Assembly (NCBI RefSeq): GCF_964204645.1
Contig: NC_134035.1
Coordinates: 1,674,001 to 1,738,000, forward strand
Direction of reading: 5' to 3'
Length of the DNA: 64,000 nt
Origin: Tubulanus polymorphus
Lineage: Eukaryota > Animalia > Nemertea
Made by a program: the position numbers and the translations under genes. Below the pieces are notes generated by a model. It saw only the letters and a program-made list of their open reading frames with translations. It was not told where the DNA came from and made no database searches. Positions 39,501-53,558 of the stretch are shown here, piece after piece. How positions within the stretch are numbered: position 1 is the stretch's first letter; every line of letters starts with the position of its first letter.

Positions 39501-42500
39501 AGGTAAAATATCTCTGCCCCGCGACGAGATTAGATTTTTAAAAATTGCAGCAAATGAATAGAAGATATATAGAAAATCCAACTCTTATATAATGAAAGAT
39601 AAAGTCCAAAGTGTTTCCTTTCAGCTATAAATTTATTCATCCAACGTTTCGACTTTATCCTGATAGTCATATTCTGGAACGAAAAGATAGAAGAATAATA
39701 GATAAATTTATTGGTATTTTGTTTGCTGTATATTTCAGTGTTCTGTCGAAGGTTGTGATTGGGCGTTCACGACAAATTACAGACTCAGACGCCACGAAGA
39801 GTGTCACCAAAAAGTAAAAGGATACAAGGTTAGTTTTGTAAACAACTTCATTATAAGTAGAATCGATGGACTGTTTGAAATAGCTGTTAGTCTTACAGCC
39901 CATGAGACAGTTGCTCAAAAATTAGTTACAAATAACTGGCTGGGGCGGGTTGCTCAAAAGTTGGTTAGAGTTAACCAGTGGATAGTTGATATGGTGACAA
40001 TTGAAATTTCATTGTTACTATGGCATTTAACGGCCGGTTATCTTTAACCAACATATGAGCAACTGGCCCCTGGTGGATAAATACCATAGTAACAATGAAT
40101 TTTTAATTGTCACTTCGACAACTATCCACTGGATAACTCTGGTTAACTCTAACCAACTTTTCAGTAACCGGCCAGTGAAGCCTTGTTACAACAAACTCCA
40201 GGTGACCAGAAAATATGTATTTGGTACTTTGTTACGTCCAGCCGGTTTTATCGTCTTATTGGGCACATAATTCTTGATTATATAAGATAAATCCATTATA
40301 TCTGAGTTCTTCACGACATGTGGCTATACTGTATTCGTTATCTGGTTTAAATTGTCATCTAATTTGTGTTAAATGTTTATATCTTATAATTCGTATTTTA
40401 TGTTGCAGTGCGATAAACCGGATTGCGGTAAAACATTCACGACAATTTACAATTTGAATACGCACAAACGTTTACACGACCGCGAGAACAACGAATGTCC
40501 GGCGCCCGACTGCGGAAAAATGTTCAGCAGTAAACATAAACTAGAAATGCACCTGCGAGTTCATCCCGGTTATGAGAAATTGTACAAGTAAGTTAATTAA
40601 TTGTCCTGTTGACAGCGTATTTGCATGGCAACAATTTTCTTCGCAAGAGGCAACCGATTGTAGCAATGATGAGTCGGCATTGCGTAAATTAGAGAAGGGA
40701 AATTTTAAAAGATTGGTTTGCAATAATCCGAGACAATCAACTCTACTGTTATTATTACTAAAGAGTAGACTTAGTACTCAATCTCATCAAAAACTAACAG
40801 AAAGTTAATCTACTCTCTGAACCATTCTGCAAGGATCCTAACCCGCATAATCCTAAAAATGCAATGAAATATGTAATCAGTTCATTTCTATAGCTGCCAG
40901 GTGTGTCATGTTTTGGTAAAATTGATCAGGTTTATATAGACAGAATGATTTGATATATTGTAGTTTTCCTCATGTAGAAATAGTAGAATGTTTTATGTAA
41001 AATTGATCAGAATTTTGTAAACAGAATGATTTGACATAATCTAGGTGTCCTCACGTAGAACTAGTAGAATGTTTTATATAACAAGAATAATTCGTCGTAT
41101 TGCAGGTGTCCTCACGAGGGTTGCCCGCGCGTATTCAACTCGTTGAACTGTATATCGTCTCACGCGCGCGTACACCAGACCACGTCTCAGCCGTTGACGT
41201 GCGAACAATGCGGTAAACAATTCGAACGTTACTGTCGTCTGAAACAACACATGCGTATGCACACCGGCGAGAAACCATATCACTGCACGTTCGAGGTCAG
41301 TTTTACTAAATCAACAAAAAAAAAGAAAGACTCTATTTATATCGATACCTGTGCATGTTTTGTTATGGCATTCAACAGTGAAGTTGTAGCTAATGAAAAC
41401 TCACAGTAGATTTGTAGAAACAGAATCAATCAAATACTCTATTTATATTGATACCTGTGCATGTTTTGTTATGGCATTCAACAGTGAAGTTGTAGCTAAT
41501 GAAAACTCACAGTAGATTTGTAGAAACAGAATCAATCAAATACTCTATTTATATTGATACCTGTGCATGTTTTGTTATGGCATTCAACAGTGAAGTTGTA
41601 GCTAATGAAAACTCACAGTAGATTTGTAGAAACAGAATCAATCAAATACTCTATTTATATTGATACCTGTGCATGTTTTGTTATGGCATTCAACAGTGAA
41701 GTTGTAGCTAATGAAAACTCACAGTAGATTTGTAGAAACAGAATCAATCAAATACTCTATTTATATTGATACCTGTGCACGTTTTGTTACGGCGTTCAAT
41801 AGCTAAGTTGTAGCATATTAGTTGCTCAAAAGTTGGTTAGAGTTAATGATTGGATAGTTGACATAGTAACAATCACAAGTTCATTGTTACTACGTAATTC
41901 ATCCGCCGGTTAAAAGTCACCGTTGAGCAACCGCGGCCTCGAGGGGGTTAATGATTGAAATCATTTAGTTATGCAAATATGTTCAATATTTCGATGTATT
42001 ATGGTGGATATCTTAAAACAATTGTGAAGTTGTTGCTCGTATCAATGATGTCTGTATGCGCGGTGATGTATTCCTGTAGAAATGGAGTCGATAATTTAAC
42101 GATAATTTTCTGATTGTTATTCAGGGTTGCGGTTGGTCGTTTGCGACAGCTAGTAAACTGACTCGACACCAGCGAAAACACACTGGCGAACGTAAATACG
42201 TGTGTATGATCTGTAATAAAGGGTTCATGCGTTCCGAACATCTGAAGGGTCATCTCATTACGCACAACGGAAACAGGCCGTTTATCTGCCCCGTCGAAGG
42301 TACGTATCGATTTTAAGTTTAAGTCGCTTGACCAAATTTTTGGCCGGACAATGACTGGCCCAGTTTTTGGTACAGTGCGTTGCAAGCCCTTACGGTCCCA
42401 GTCATTGCTGGGCTGACAATCAAAATCTAATCATCAATTGTGACGAATCCAGACCACAGTATTAAAGATTAATGCTAACAATACCTCAGTAATAGTGCCG

Positions 42501-45500
42501 AATTTTAGGCCCGACAATGACCGGCCCAGTTTTGAGATGGGTGTTGACGCGATCCAAAACTCTTAGGAGAATGGACGTATTGGACAAAAGATACACCCAA
42601 AACCTTTGATTAAAGGGTGAAAGTTTACTGATAGATAAATGCCATAGTTTAGATTTAAATTGCAATTTTCCATGGTATTAGTTCAATTATTAGTTCATGG
42701 CATTAGTTCACCATTTTCCTCTCTAACCTACTTTTAATCAACCTGCCCCCCCCCTACTGTTGATATTCATTCACAGATCTTATGACAAATGTTTTCTCAT
42801 TCGACATTCTTGCAGGATGTGATTGTAAATTCACGGCGCGCAGCAGTTTGTACGTGCATATGAAAAAACACGACCAGTCGGGCGAAAAGATTATATACCA
42901 CTGTCCGTTAGAGGGCTGCTTGAAAAAATACGGCACGAAGGCCAGCTTGCGCAATCACATCAATAAACATTTGACCCTTCAAACGTCTTTATCAGGTATG
43001 TAATAATCTGAAGTACATTTGTAAGTTCAACCTCATTCATATATATTTCATACTCATCTATTTATATTTTATTCAAGGATCCGGTGAAATCAATATTTGG
43101 CCGTCGCTGCTCGCCGACGAGGAGACATTAGCTACCGAATCGCTTCACGTGTCGTCGTCATCGTCGTCGCCGTTGAAAGATGGCGCCGGCGTACAGACGT
43201 TGCAGCAATGTTTGTCGAGTAATGGCGTCTTGACACCGGCTAATATCAACCCAGCCGAATATATTCAGTCGGGTAAGAATGAAAAACAAACTCTTGATTT
43301 GATAATTGTCTTCAAATGAAAAAACACAGAGTCCCTATGCCTCCTTGATTCTTGGAAAACTCCTTCAATACCAAAAATATTTTTCAAGGACCTTGAAAAT
43401 CCTTGAATTTGAAAAAAATTCCCAAAGGTCCTTGAAAACTCCATAAATTTTGAGGAGTGAGTAAGCTAATTTCAAAATTGAGTCCAGGAACTGGGTACTC
43501 AACTGTGGAACTACCGTCTTCATTGTCCTATAGTTATAATAGAAAATGTACGAATAAGTATTTGATTTTAAAGCTTTACCAACAACCGAGAATGTTCTAG
43601 TGACCACAGCTTTACAACAGCAGCAACAGAGTCTAATAACGCAGCCACTGTTCGTCAGCGGAGATATCGGACATTATTCGACCTCCTCGACTACGGAGTC
43701 GACCGCTATCGGTAGCAACAGCAGCGCGACCGCGTTACTAGTCACCGCACAACAGATGCAAACACCTCAATACGTTAAAATCGAAGCCCCGCCATCAGCC
43801 ACCGTGCATCAAGGTTCGTTCTGCAGTGTGTATACCACTGATTACCCCTAAACGTTCAGACTAACTTTCTCATCGTGAACAGCTTATTCTGTTGCAATTC
43901 ATCTACTATATCAAGGGCAGATTCAATTTAAATCTACTTTCCAGAGAATTTTGCATAGAAAGTTAAGAATAAATTGAAATAGGCCCAGAAAAAGGCCAGA
44001 ATAGTTCAATTTTAACCTAAATTTTCCAAAGTTCCATAATTTTTAAGCGTTAATGATAATAATAATAAGCGTTCAGTCAATGCGATTGTTTTCATTGTTT
44101 CAGAGGTCGACCAGTTGATCACTGTACCGCCGGTACGCGATGAAGAAGGCTCGGCTCGAACGGATTTCCACAGCAACAAACTGATGAGCGATTTAGCGAA
44201 GAAACGTCGACAGATGATGAAAGAAAACGGTTCAACTCTGGGCGTTATCAGTCTGCAAGGTATGTGTAGGTTGGGTCGTATCTACATGTCAACTTAACAT
44301 GTTCGGTGTGTCTACACCACAGTGCGGTGTATAAATCAATGCAGTACACTAGATTTTGGAATCTGATGGAAGCTAGTACACCACATCACGGTGTATTGAT
44401 GTTGAGTAGTTAGATTTTATCTCTATTGCAACATAGCAGCGCCTTTCAAACATAGTGAAATATTAGTAACTCGGACACATTGCACCGCGGTGTAGACACA
44501 CTATAGCGGTTTGCCCGTTGTTCAACACACTGGGGTGGAATCTTTAAAGATTTTTTGAAATTATCTCCAGCACTTTAGGGTATTAATTAGTAATAGTTAA
44601 TGAGCATTAAACTGTGAACTAAGCCAAACTGAACTCTTATTCAATAGTTGTATTTTTGATTTTTGTAACAGAAGCGATTCAGAAGAGTCGCGAACATCAG
44701 CTGCAAATATTATCAGACACTTCACCGATGTCGTCGATGGCCTCTTCATTGTACAGTTCGTCCGATTTGATGGCGTCTCAAGCGATTACATTCCGGGATC
44801 CTGAAACCGGCGTCACTTACGTTACAACTCAATTATTGCAGGTAACATACACGTTTATTGCCATTTCTCTCAATTGGAATAGTACTAATTCTAGTTGAAC
44901 AGTTGCGATTTTTAAGTCCTGAATTGGTCGTATTTATTTTTTAAGCCCCAGGTTCCAGATGTGCCGGTCTTAGACCTAAATCATAAAATCGTCTTAAATC
45001 ATAAACTGTGATTGGTGTTATGTTGATAGATTTAGTCTACAATCAAAATAGTCTTGTGCGAAGTTGCTAAAATGGGTATTGGACCTTAGAATTGGTCTTG
45101 GATCGAAGGCTGGACCCTTGTCCGTGTCCACTGTCAATAAGGATTAAGTTATGAATCTAGCTTAAATCATAAAAAAAGCTAAAATCAGTGCAAATTTTTC
45201 TGATTTTAATCCAATGATAACTTTTCTTTGCGTCAATAATTAAATAATTTTAATTTCTGTTAATTCGTCGAAGCGAATTAACGCGATTCTTACGTTCGAA
45301 GTTAAAACGATCGATTTTCCGTTTCTGTATTCGTTCAGGATGATCCTCCGAATCCGACTCTGCCCGTTTACGAAGACGACAGCGAACTTTCCCCGGGCGT
45401 CGACCACGACTTCAAAACCGTATTGTTGCACTCGGACGACAGTCACCACGGCAACATCGAATTTCCGAACACAACGATCAACCTTCAAGATCTCGGGTTT

Positions 45501-45506
45501 ACATAA
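36554..45506 (+). CDS. ZXDC: ZXD-family C2H2 zinc-finger transcription factor (10 fingers)
   Basis: Exons 36554 (or 36527)-36803, 37362-38179, 38482-38620, 38922-39079, 39338-39502, 39739-39828, 40409-40587, 41106-41295, 42125-42299, 42816-42995, 43078-43272, 43574-43813, 44104-44259, 44672-44841, 45339-45506. ZXD-like strings WAFTTNYRLRRH, FTTIYNLNTH, RSEHLKGH, ARSSLYVH, GSARTDF, QLLQDDP and terminal TINLQDL. Confidence 0.85.
39942..40073. mobile_element. Harbinger-like MITE (GGGCGGGTTGCTCA...GAGCAACTGGCCC)
   Basis: TIRs with CTG flanks; a partial duplicate at 40074-40175 and a related copy at ~41820-41935. Confidence 0.65.
41331..41815. repeat. 106-bp tandem repeat, ~4.5 copies, in a ZXDC intron
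   Basis: CTCTATTTATA(T)TGATACCTGTGC starts at 41331, 41437, 41543, 41649 and 41755. Confidence 0.95.
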
Positions 45507-47461
45507 AACGAACGACGATGACCGTGAATTATCACCTGCACGAACATGACAACTGAAATGATAGTATTAACTAAATTTTGGGCATTGATCGCCGGTCAGC
45601 TTCGATTAACCTCGAATGCTAATCGGTATTTTCTCTCTTTTTAACTCTGCTTCAATCGAGGGGTTCCGGGGGGTTCGACCATCATCGCCTGTCCGTCTGT
45701 CAACTCTAACTTTCAAATTCCTTAAGTATTAATCCTATCTTTCCGAAACTTGGTGTATTTTATCTACGGATATATATATGCCTCTCATTTTTGAGAACTT
45801 CGTAGTGATTGTTTGGGAAAATTTCAATACTATTCAAGTCATTGGATATATAAACTACTTGGGTTTCGATGGATAAGTAACTGTCTAATTCAATCGGGAA
45901 AAAACCCTAAAATATGAAGAAAAACTTAGAGAGTTGTGATGTTTCAATTGAACTTTATGAGCAGTTTTGAAAATTGCTTATTATAGAATTGAATCGAAAT
46001 GCCAAATACTTTTGTAGTCTTTTCTTCGAATTGTGAGTTTTTTCTGCAACTACTATCAGTTGACAGGCTGTGTTTTACTCTTTCTAAAGTTCCTCGAAAT
46101 CATCGTTTTAAATCAAACAACTGAGATGATGACGAAGCGTGCGTGCGTGCGCATTCCTAGATAAAACTAGAAAATAATCTACATCGTCGCTCAAGCATTC
46201 ACAGTTTGAAATGTGACTATATTGTTTGAAAACATCGTAAATGAACAAATTCTAACAAGGTCTCTCATGTGTCAAATGAGAAAGATCCCAGTTCTTTTAC
46301 TGTATTTAGTATTAAGGCTAATCATTTGAAGGCTGTACAAATAATTAGATATCAGTAAATTGTCAGAGAGATTAGTCGAATAAAAGGCTCTTATCCGTGT
46401 TAGCTGTTGATGAATTAAAAATCCCTCAATAGAATTTATCAAAATGAAACTACTGAGTTATGGCTTAAACAGTCGATGACTGCGGTGGTTTCATCAATTT
46501 CCTCGCATAGAATTCTATCGTGTGACTTTCATTTATCAATCGAGAAGTTTTCACTACCTTCATAGCGAAATGTAACTTTCAAAAAAGGGGTTGGAGTTAG
46601 AGAATTGTGGTTCCCAGTTCTCTGCAGACGTAAAATTTGACCGGAATTTTACTCAATCTCGTCTGTCGTAGGAACTAAAAATCAACGCATAATATGTGTC
46701 ATGAGAATGTGTGAATGCGTGGCAGCATTTGATAAACCACTGCCAGTCTATGGTGATTTGAAATAAATCGGCAGATTCTGATCATCCACGGGCGGATCTA
46801 GGGTCCGATTCACAGGGACAGGTGTACCCCCAAAATAGGGCATGTCATATATTGAAAAGGGCACCGTGAAAGAAAGCTTATTGGAAAACATTAACTCATT
46901 TTTTCGAAATGCAGAGGACACTTAGGGGTACGCACCACCTGCACCCTTCCGATCCACCCCGTCATCAGCACCCGATACTAATTTTCACCCCTGCTGCTAA
47001 AGGTATTAGTTGCAAATTTGAAAATCTGATCCAATAGGATTTAAAACCGAAGCGAGCTGCGCGGCTTACGTTGTGTTCTCGCGCATTTCAACGGGGACGT
47101 CATTTGAACTTCCTTCGCGCGATCACAAATATCTGTGCAAGGTCACATGTGTGTATTGTAAACGTGAAACGATGCACTGTTCTTGTTGCATTGAACAATA
47201 CACTGATGGTGTTCTTGGCTTGATATGAAACAATGCAGTATTTGTGAGACACTGCTTTCTATTCTAGCGGTGAAAATATTACCGGTAGATAGAAAAAAAA
47301 CAATGCGCTATTCTTCTGCGTTGTAACTGTGGAAATATGAAATATTGAAAAAAACGAAACAAAATCCCTTCAGGTAGAAAACGGTCTGATCAGAATGTAC
47401 TGATTTATTTCGAATGGCTTTGCATATGATGTATATATAAAAACAACATGTAACGCCTCTG

Positions 47462-47463
<2 letters not shown>

Positions 47464-47523
<60 letters not shown>

Positions 47524-47541
47524 AATAGATATATATATATA
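47464..47541. repeat. (TA)n microsatellite
   Basis: Direct observation. Shorter runs at ~30758-30778 and ~57650-57673. Confidence 0.98.
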
Positions 47542-47924
47542 AATACCATAGAAATCGGGTAAAATGATTATACTGAAAAAGTTACATCAGGTACAAAACT
47601 TTACAGGAGGCATTGATCGTCGACCAATCATCAGGAAGCATTTCTCTTTCTACACGAAATGCCGTCTGCTACCGGTAAACTGAAGTGTGTATACCAGTAT
47701 TCTAACTATACGCAGTACTTTATTCTTGCGGGATGTCTCTCTTCGGAGTGTAGAATATATGCATTTATAAAAACAAAATGATCAGATTTCAAGGAGCTCT
47801 TACCTCATCATGTATAGATATTTACTCCTTTTAACCATCCGTTTAGCAGGTACGCACGTTTTTTCAAAATTTTGGAACCCAGCTGCGGGTACAGAGTGTA
47901 CAGATATCCGGGGTACAATCGATG

Positions 47925-48085
47925 ATAAACTCAGCCGCCCGACCCAATTGAAAGGGATCACTGGCTTCTCGTAAAATCCTGGGTTTGTGGGTTCAAATCC
48001 TGCTGTGGTTACGGAGTTTTTGGTGGTGACAATGGAGTTGTTCATTATCATCCATCCTGTCATGCGTACATGCTAAATCATGGAT
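47925..48085 (+). mobile_element. Degenerate tRNA-derived SINE
   Basis: B-box GGTTCAAATCC (~47990); the preceding AATCCTGGGTTTGTG resembles the SINE at 297. Confidence 0.45.
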
Positions 48086-49594
48086 GGCTTCTACGAAGGG
48101 AGGTCGCGTAACCTGAGAGAATATTGTAACTGAATAATCTTCCAGCAGTGTTTCACTCGACCTGCTCCAATATACTCGAGGAATATCGTAATACTTTCAT
48201 ACGTTACGATCCAGCGCGATCCGGATCGGTTGAATTTAGATTTCGATGTAGTCCTGAGTCCAGTCGACGTAAACACGCGTATAGATTATGCTGTTTAATC
48301 CAGTTTTCTCAAATGATCCGGATTAAGCCGATTTCGCTGTATAGAACTGTGGTACGTCATGTTGTCTGCTTCGGATTTTGTGCTGCTCGGACTTATTTGT
48401 GTTTAAATAGTTGTTTAAATGAGTCGTTTTCATTTTTCAGAATTACGATTATTTTCTTTTGAAGACGTAGAGTATTTGTTCCTTAACGCAACCGAGTACT
48501 CAGAACCGGTCTCAACTTGGTCAAATATCATAAGAATACATTTGAAAAAAGTTCTATTTGCCTGATTCTAGACCGGGTGATGATAAATTTACAGTCCTGA
48601 CGCTATAGATGTAGCAATCAGGCACATAGAGTAAATGTTTGGGTACCGGCACAACCACTGTGGCAAGTGAGGATCCCACTACGCGTGGCTAGTGGCACTG
48701 GGTTACCGCGCTTCAATTTCATGTACGTTTCAATTAAATTTGAATCCGCTTTTCCGATTAGTAAATCAGTTTTCAGTGCCTGAAAATCAATGAATTTTCA
48801 CTGCAAATACGAATATTTATTACACTCCAACCATTCCCATGGTATATGGAGGAAAAACAGTATTTACAATTATTTACAAAAACAGTAGATAAAAGCACTT
48901 TGAAACATAACAAACGTTATTTACAACATACTATTTACACACACTATTGGAGGGATCTATATACATCTAGACCTAATTTGATAAATTAAGCAAGTTTAAA
49001 AGTTGGATTTTTTAAAACATCAAGATTCCCGAAAGGTATTTGAATTTAGGTAGCTTTCACTGCGAATAGTGTATTGTTGCGCCCCCTGGTGTGTGCTGGT
49101 ACCTCATTGATAGTTTTGCATCGATGCCTGATATCAACTGCTAAGCAAACATTCCATAGTCGCGATGTCTTTCATTTTGTTACTGTGTTCAGCAGCTTGT
49201 GTCGCGCGTGCATTTCTTGATGGTCATGATTTTTTATCGACGAGAACAAAAATTTCAAGTCTCGTCACGCGCCGCAGCTGTTTACACACCACGTTCGATA
49301 TTAGATTTACTTCTAGCGTTTAGGAGTGATTTCCTACTCGTGTGTGTGTGTGAGGTGGCATTTATTATTTGCAATTCGGTTCGTTGTGTAGTATTTACCC
49401 CTGCTTATATTTGCCCCGCGAGCTGAAACAACGAATGAATTGAATGAAAAAAAAAATCCAGACTCGCGTCGTAACGTAAAACATAGGTTTCGCAGAACAG
49501 TTGCGGATTCAATTCCGTAGCGCGAATTGTTTTAAGTCGTTTGTGAATTACTTACGTCAAAAATTGGCCACTTCTCCCTACATACACCGGACAG

Positions 49595-50045
49595 ACTTGA
49601 GTTTGACCAGTCTCAGAGCTCAATTACTCCCAGAAATATCAAAATATTCTCAAAATCAGAATAATTCCTAGTTCATTTTCAATCGAGCTGGTTTTGGTTA
49701 TTTGAAGCCAAGCGCACTGACAGCGAGAAAAACCTTGAAATAGGAATCAGACTAGACTACTGGCTACTGACTACCATTTGAGAGTAGTTTCCACTCTTTT
49801 TAAAGCTCAACTACTCCTAAAAACATGACTAGTTTCAGAGCTCAATTGCTCCTAGAAATATCAAAATACTGTCAAAGTCAGAATAATTCCTAGTTCATTT
49901 TCAATCGAGCTGGTTTTGGTTATTTGAAGCTTAGTGCACTCACAGCAAGAAAAACCTCGAAATAGGAAACAGACCCGACTACTGACTACTATTTGAGAGT
50001 AGTTTCAAAATACTCATAAAAATCTCTAATAATTTCTAGTTCGTT
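49595..50045. repeat. Local ~230-bp direct duplication
   Basis: TCAGAGCTCAATT...TCAATCGAGCTGGTTTTGGTTATTTGAAGC...ATTTGAGAGTAGTTTC occurs twice. Confidence 0.85.
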
Positions 50046-51228
50046 TTCGATGATTATACCACTGCTTTTGATGTAAAATTACTCTCAATTTTTGGGGAAA
50101 ACTTCTACAAATAGAGGCATATCGGGTAGTGGCGTTTGCCACCATGCTTAAAATTACGTACATTGGTAGGGTGACGGGAATACCAATAGGCATGTGCCAG
50201 CGCACTCGGTCTAATAGGTAGGGTTTGTAGCCACGCGATGTCCGTTGCGGAACATATCGTCAATGAGGTGCTCGCCGAGGCGATATTCGTGGAAAAAAAA
50301 GCTTTCAATGTTCTTGTTTATCTATCTCTCTATATATGAATAATAATTGTAAATAGTGTGATGTCGATCTATTGTAATGCAACAATCCCGGTGAATAATT
50401 GTTGTCCATGTTGTTTGTGAGATATCGTGTTATACAATGTATCATACATGCTTCGTCTATGTGTTTGTACGATTGTGTGTGAGAGACGCCGCGAACCTTT
50501 ACTCGAATTCTCAGCTGCTTTTTCGAAAAAGTCCTTTGCAGAGTTTTCGTCGCGCAACCCGGGATGCTGGATACTAAAACATTAGTAGAATCCGCATTAC
50601 TCGGTTACGGTTGATCTCGGAAGACTGCTCTAGTGGCGCGGTGAATTTGACTATGGTAGAAATTAATTTGGAAAAAAACTTTTTCCCTGATTGACAACTC
50701 TGTATCTGGTCAACTTAGTAGTGAAATAAGTCCCAACTCAATCAAGTAGTTAACTGAGTTGACTTGTCCTTATTTAGTACTTGTCAACTCGATGAGATTT
50801 ATTTGGAAGCCTGTTCCATTTCAATGATTCTCAACTCGGTGAAATATTTACAGCAGTCTCAACGCTACCGAGTTAGTGCCTTGAGTGCCTTGATTCTAAA
50901 ACTCAGTGAAATATTAACTGCAGTCCCAAAGCTGCTGGGTTCCTCGATTCTTAACTGGGTGATATATTTACAGCGGTCCCAACGCTACAGAGTTCCCCGA
51001 TTCTCAATTCAATGAAATATTTATGTTCACAGTCATGAGAGTAAGGCGCAATTTACTATATTTCACTTGCCTTGCATCTCACTGGACCAATAAATTTTCT
51101 CAAAAGGCAGCAAGTGAATTCCGGGCGCTGAACAGTGACGTCGCCTCGTCATTACTACTTGAGTGTTGTTACAAGATGCTTATTGTACATCACATGAATT
51201 TGATGAAGAAAATATTTTGAATTTTGTC

Positions 51229-51453
51229 CGGAGGGGGGAGGGGGTATGCGATTAGAGCTAGGAGGGGGGAAGGGGGTATGCGATTAGAGCTAGGAGGGGG
51301 GAAGGGGGTATGCGATTAGAGCTAGGAGGGGGGTAAGGGGTATGCGATTAGAGCTAGGAGGGGGAAGGGGGTATGCGATTAGAGCTAGGAGGGGGGAAGG
51401 GGGTATGCGATTCGAGCTAGGAGGGGGAAGGGGGTATGCGATTCGAGCTAGGA
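51229..51453. repeat. G-rich ~32-bp minisatellite, 7 copies
   Basis: Unit GGAGGGGGGAAGGGGGTATGCGATTAGAGCTA. Confidence 0.95.
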
Positions 51454-52833
51454 GATAATTTCGAGACAAAAAGTCTTGAACTTCACACGGAGTTCAAGTG
51501 CGTGGTTTCAGAGTTTGTTTGTCAACCAGTGCTGGAGACTTGCCGTACATAACTAACGAGAAAAGATGATCAGCTGGGGCCGGTTCCTCAGTTGAGACTT
51601 AAGTCCAAAAATGGTCTTAAATTCTAAGACTGGTCTGAAGTTGTTAGATTGGTTATAGAACTAACATGGTCTTAAATTGGTCTTAAGTCTAAGCCATGAC
51701 TATGGAACCGGCCCCTGGATTGGCTTTAGGATTACGTAGGTGACTGACCTGTGAGTTTATGTTATTGTTCAACTGTGATTTGAGAATGATATCGTTGACA
51801 TAAATCCAACTGATGCTATCATAAATACTGTAAATATAAAATCTAACGATGTTATGTCATCAGTTTCGATTCAGCCACGTTTGAAGCCAAACTAAACCTA
51901 GCCCACAGCAAGTCGCAAGCCTGAAACGAGAAACAAGGAAAAAGGCTTTTCAACATAAAACAGGGGATTTATAAAATTCGAGCATTTGTCATGTAAATCA
52001 CTTATTGCGTTTGCCAACTGATAAGGCGTCGGTCATGTTGAAAAAGTACATAGCTGCAAGTCAACTGTGTGTGGTCCTGCGCCACTGAATGAGGCTATAG
52101 TCTACAGTAGATATGTCGTATACTATTCATTCAGTTCGTGTCTCGAATTCGATATATTTTTTTCTTATGACCATAATGATTTTTCATCGTCGTTCATCTT
52201 CGATTAAAATTAGTTTATATATTTATTTATGAGTAATGTTGGAGGGAGCGCGCGTTGCACGATGCGTGTGTCAGATTGTGAAACTTTTGCGTCGTCGGCG
52301 TTCGGCGAATTGGTGAATAATTAATACGGGATTCAATGTCGATGAAATATGACAGGTCGACTAAACCGTACGTGTCCGCGCATCGTTTTACCGCACGCTT
52401 ACTGAAAACTAGCAGTTTTCGAATACGATTCTGTGTAGATTAGTTTAGACTAGTCTGAGACTGTATGGAGTATATGGAAAAAAATCCATAACATCGACAA
52501 AACGATACTCATGAAATCTGTTTCACTGATGTTCCGGAAATATTTCTTCCCTCCGTGTTCACAGCTTACTACAGAGCTCGGATCGAAAATGGATACATTT
52601 TTCGAATGAATCTCTGAAGACAGGAAAAAGAAATATTTCTGAAAACAGATATTATTGTCATTTTTTTCATCGATATTGTGGGTTTTTATGCAAAGACTTC
52701 ATGTAATTCGGTTGATAAATTTTTTGAATCAAACTCGGCTAAGTCGTTGCATCACGTAAGTCATTTTGTTTGAATCATTCGTTAAGTCATCAGTCTTTAT
52801 CACCTAGCTTGTATTTCCAATTCAATTTACTAA

Positions 52834-52997
52834 GGGGTCTTTCATTTATTACGTATGCATTAGGGGAGGAGGAGGGGTCAGTGCAATTGCGTACTGTAAT
52901 GCTTAATGTATATGAAAAAATGGCCGATTTTGCGTACAGAGGGGGAGGGGAGTAGAAAAATTCAAATTTTATGCGTACGTAATAAATGAATGACCCC
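52834..52997. mobile_element. PIF/Harbinger-type MITE with TAA TSD
   Basis: TAA-GGGGTCTTTCATTTATTACGTA...TACGTAATAAATGAATGACCCC-TAA. Confidence 0.85.
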
Positions 52998-53526
52998 TAA
53001 GTGTAAGTCGTTGTTTGGATAATTCATTGACGTAATAAATGACTAAAGCAAGAAGACTTAAGCGCCTGTTTCGATGTAGCGTTCGAATTCGTAAATCTTA
53101 ACTAATTATTTTTTCCTTCAGTATTCAAAATGAATTATTTTTGTATATTTGTATCTAGTAGGTTCGGAGTGGTTTGTTGAATGATGCGTAGTAAAATTGA
53201 TGTGCTTGATATTACTATAATTATTATTATCATTATTATTATGTGCCAAAAATGCTTGTATGAATTTGTGAAATAGATGAAAATGCTTTTCAATACATTT
53301 GTAGTTATTTCGTTCTCGCAGTTTGTCGTTAGGATCTGTTTTTTTTTTTTTTTTCGAGTGAAGAACACTTGTCGATTGGAACCACATACTACTGATACTA
53401 TTACATAAAGTTCGCTTGAACCCACGAAAAAAGAAAATTTCAATCAACAAGTTGATTATATTTTAATAATGGAAAACCCCTTACTTCACGCTTCAGCAGC
53501 AAGATAGAGGAAAGACTAGATCAGAG

Positions 53527-53558
53527 CATGGACGTATAAACTAGATTATACGTCCATG
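53527..53558. mobile_element. 32-bp miniature TIR element with 7-bp TSD
   Basis: ATCAGAG-CATGGACGTATAA-ACTAGA-TTATACGTCCATG-ATCAGAG. Confidence 0.75.
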
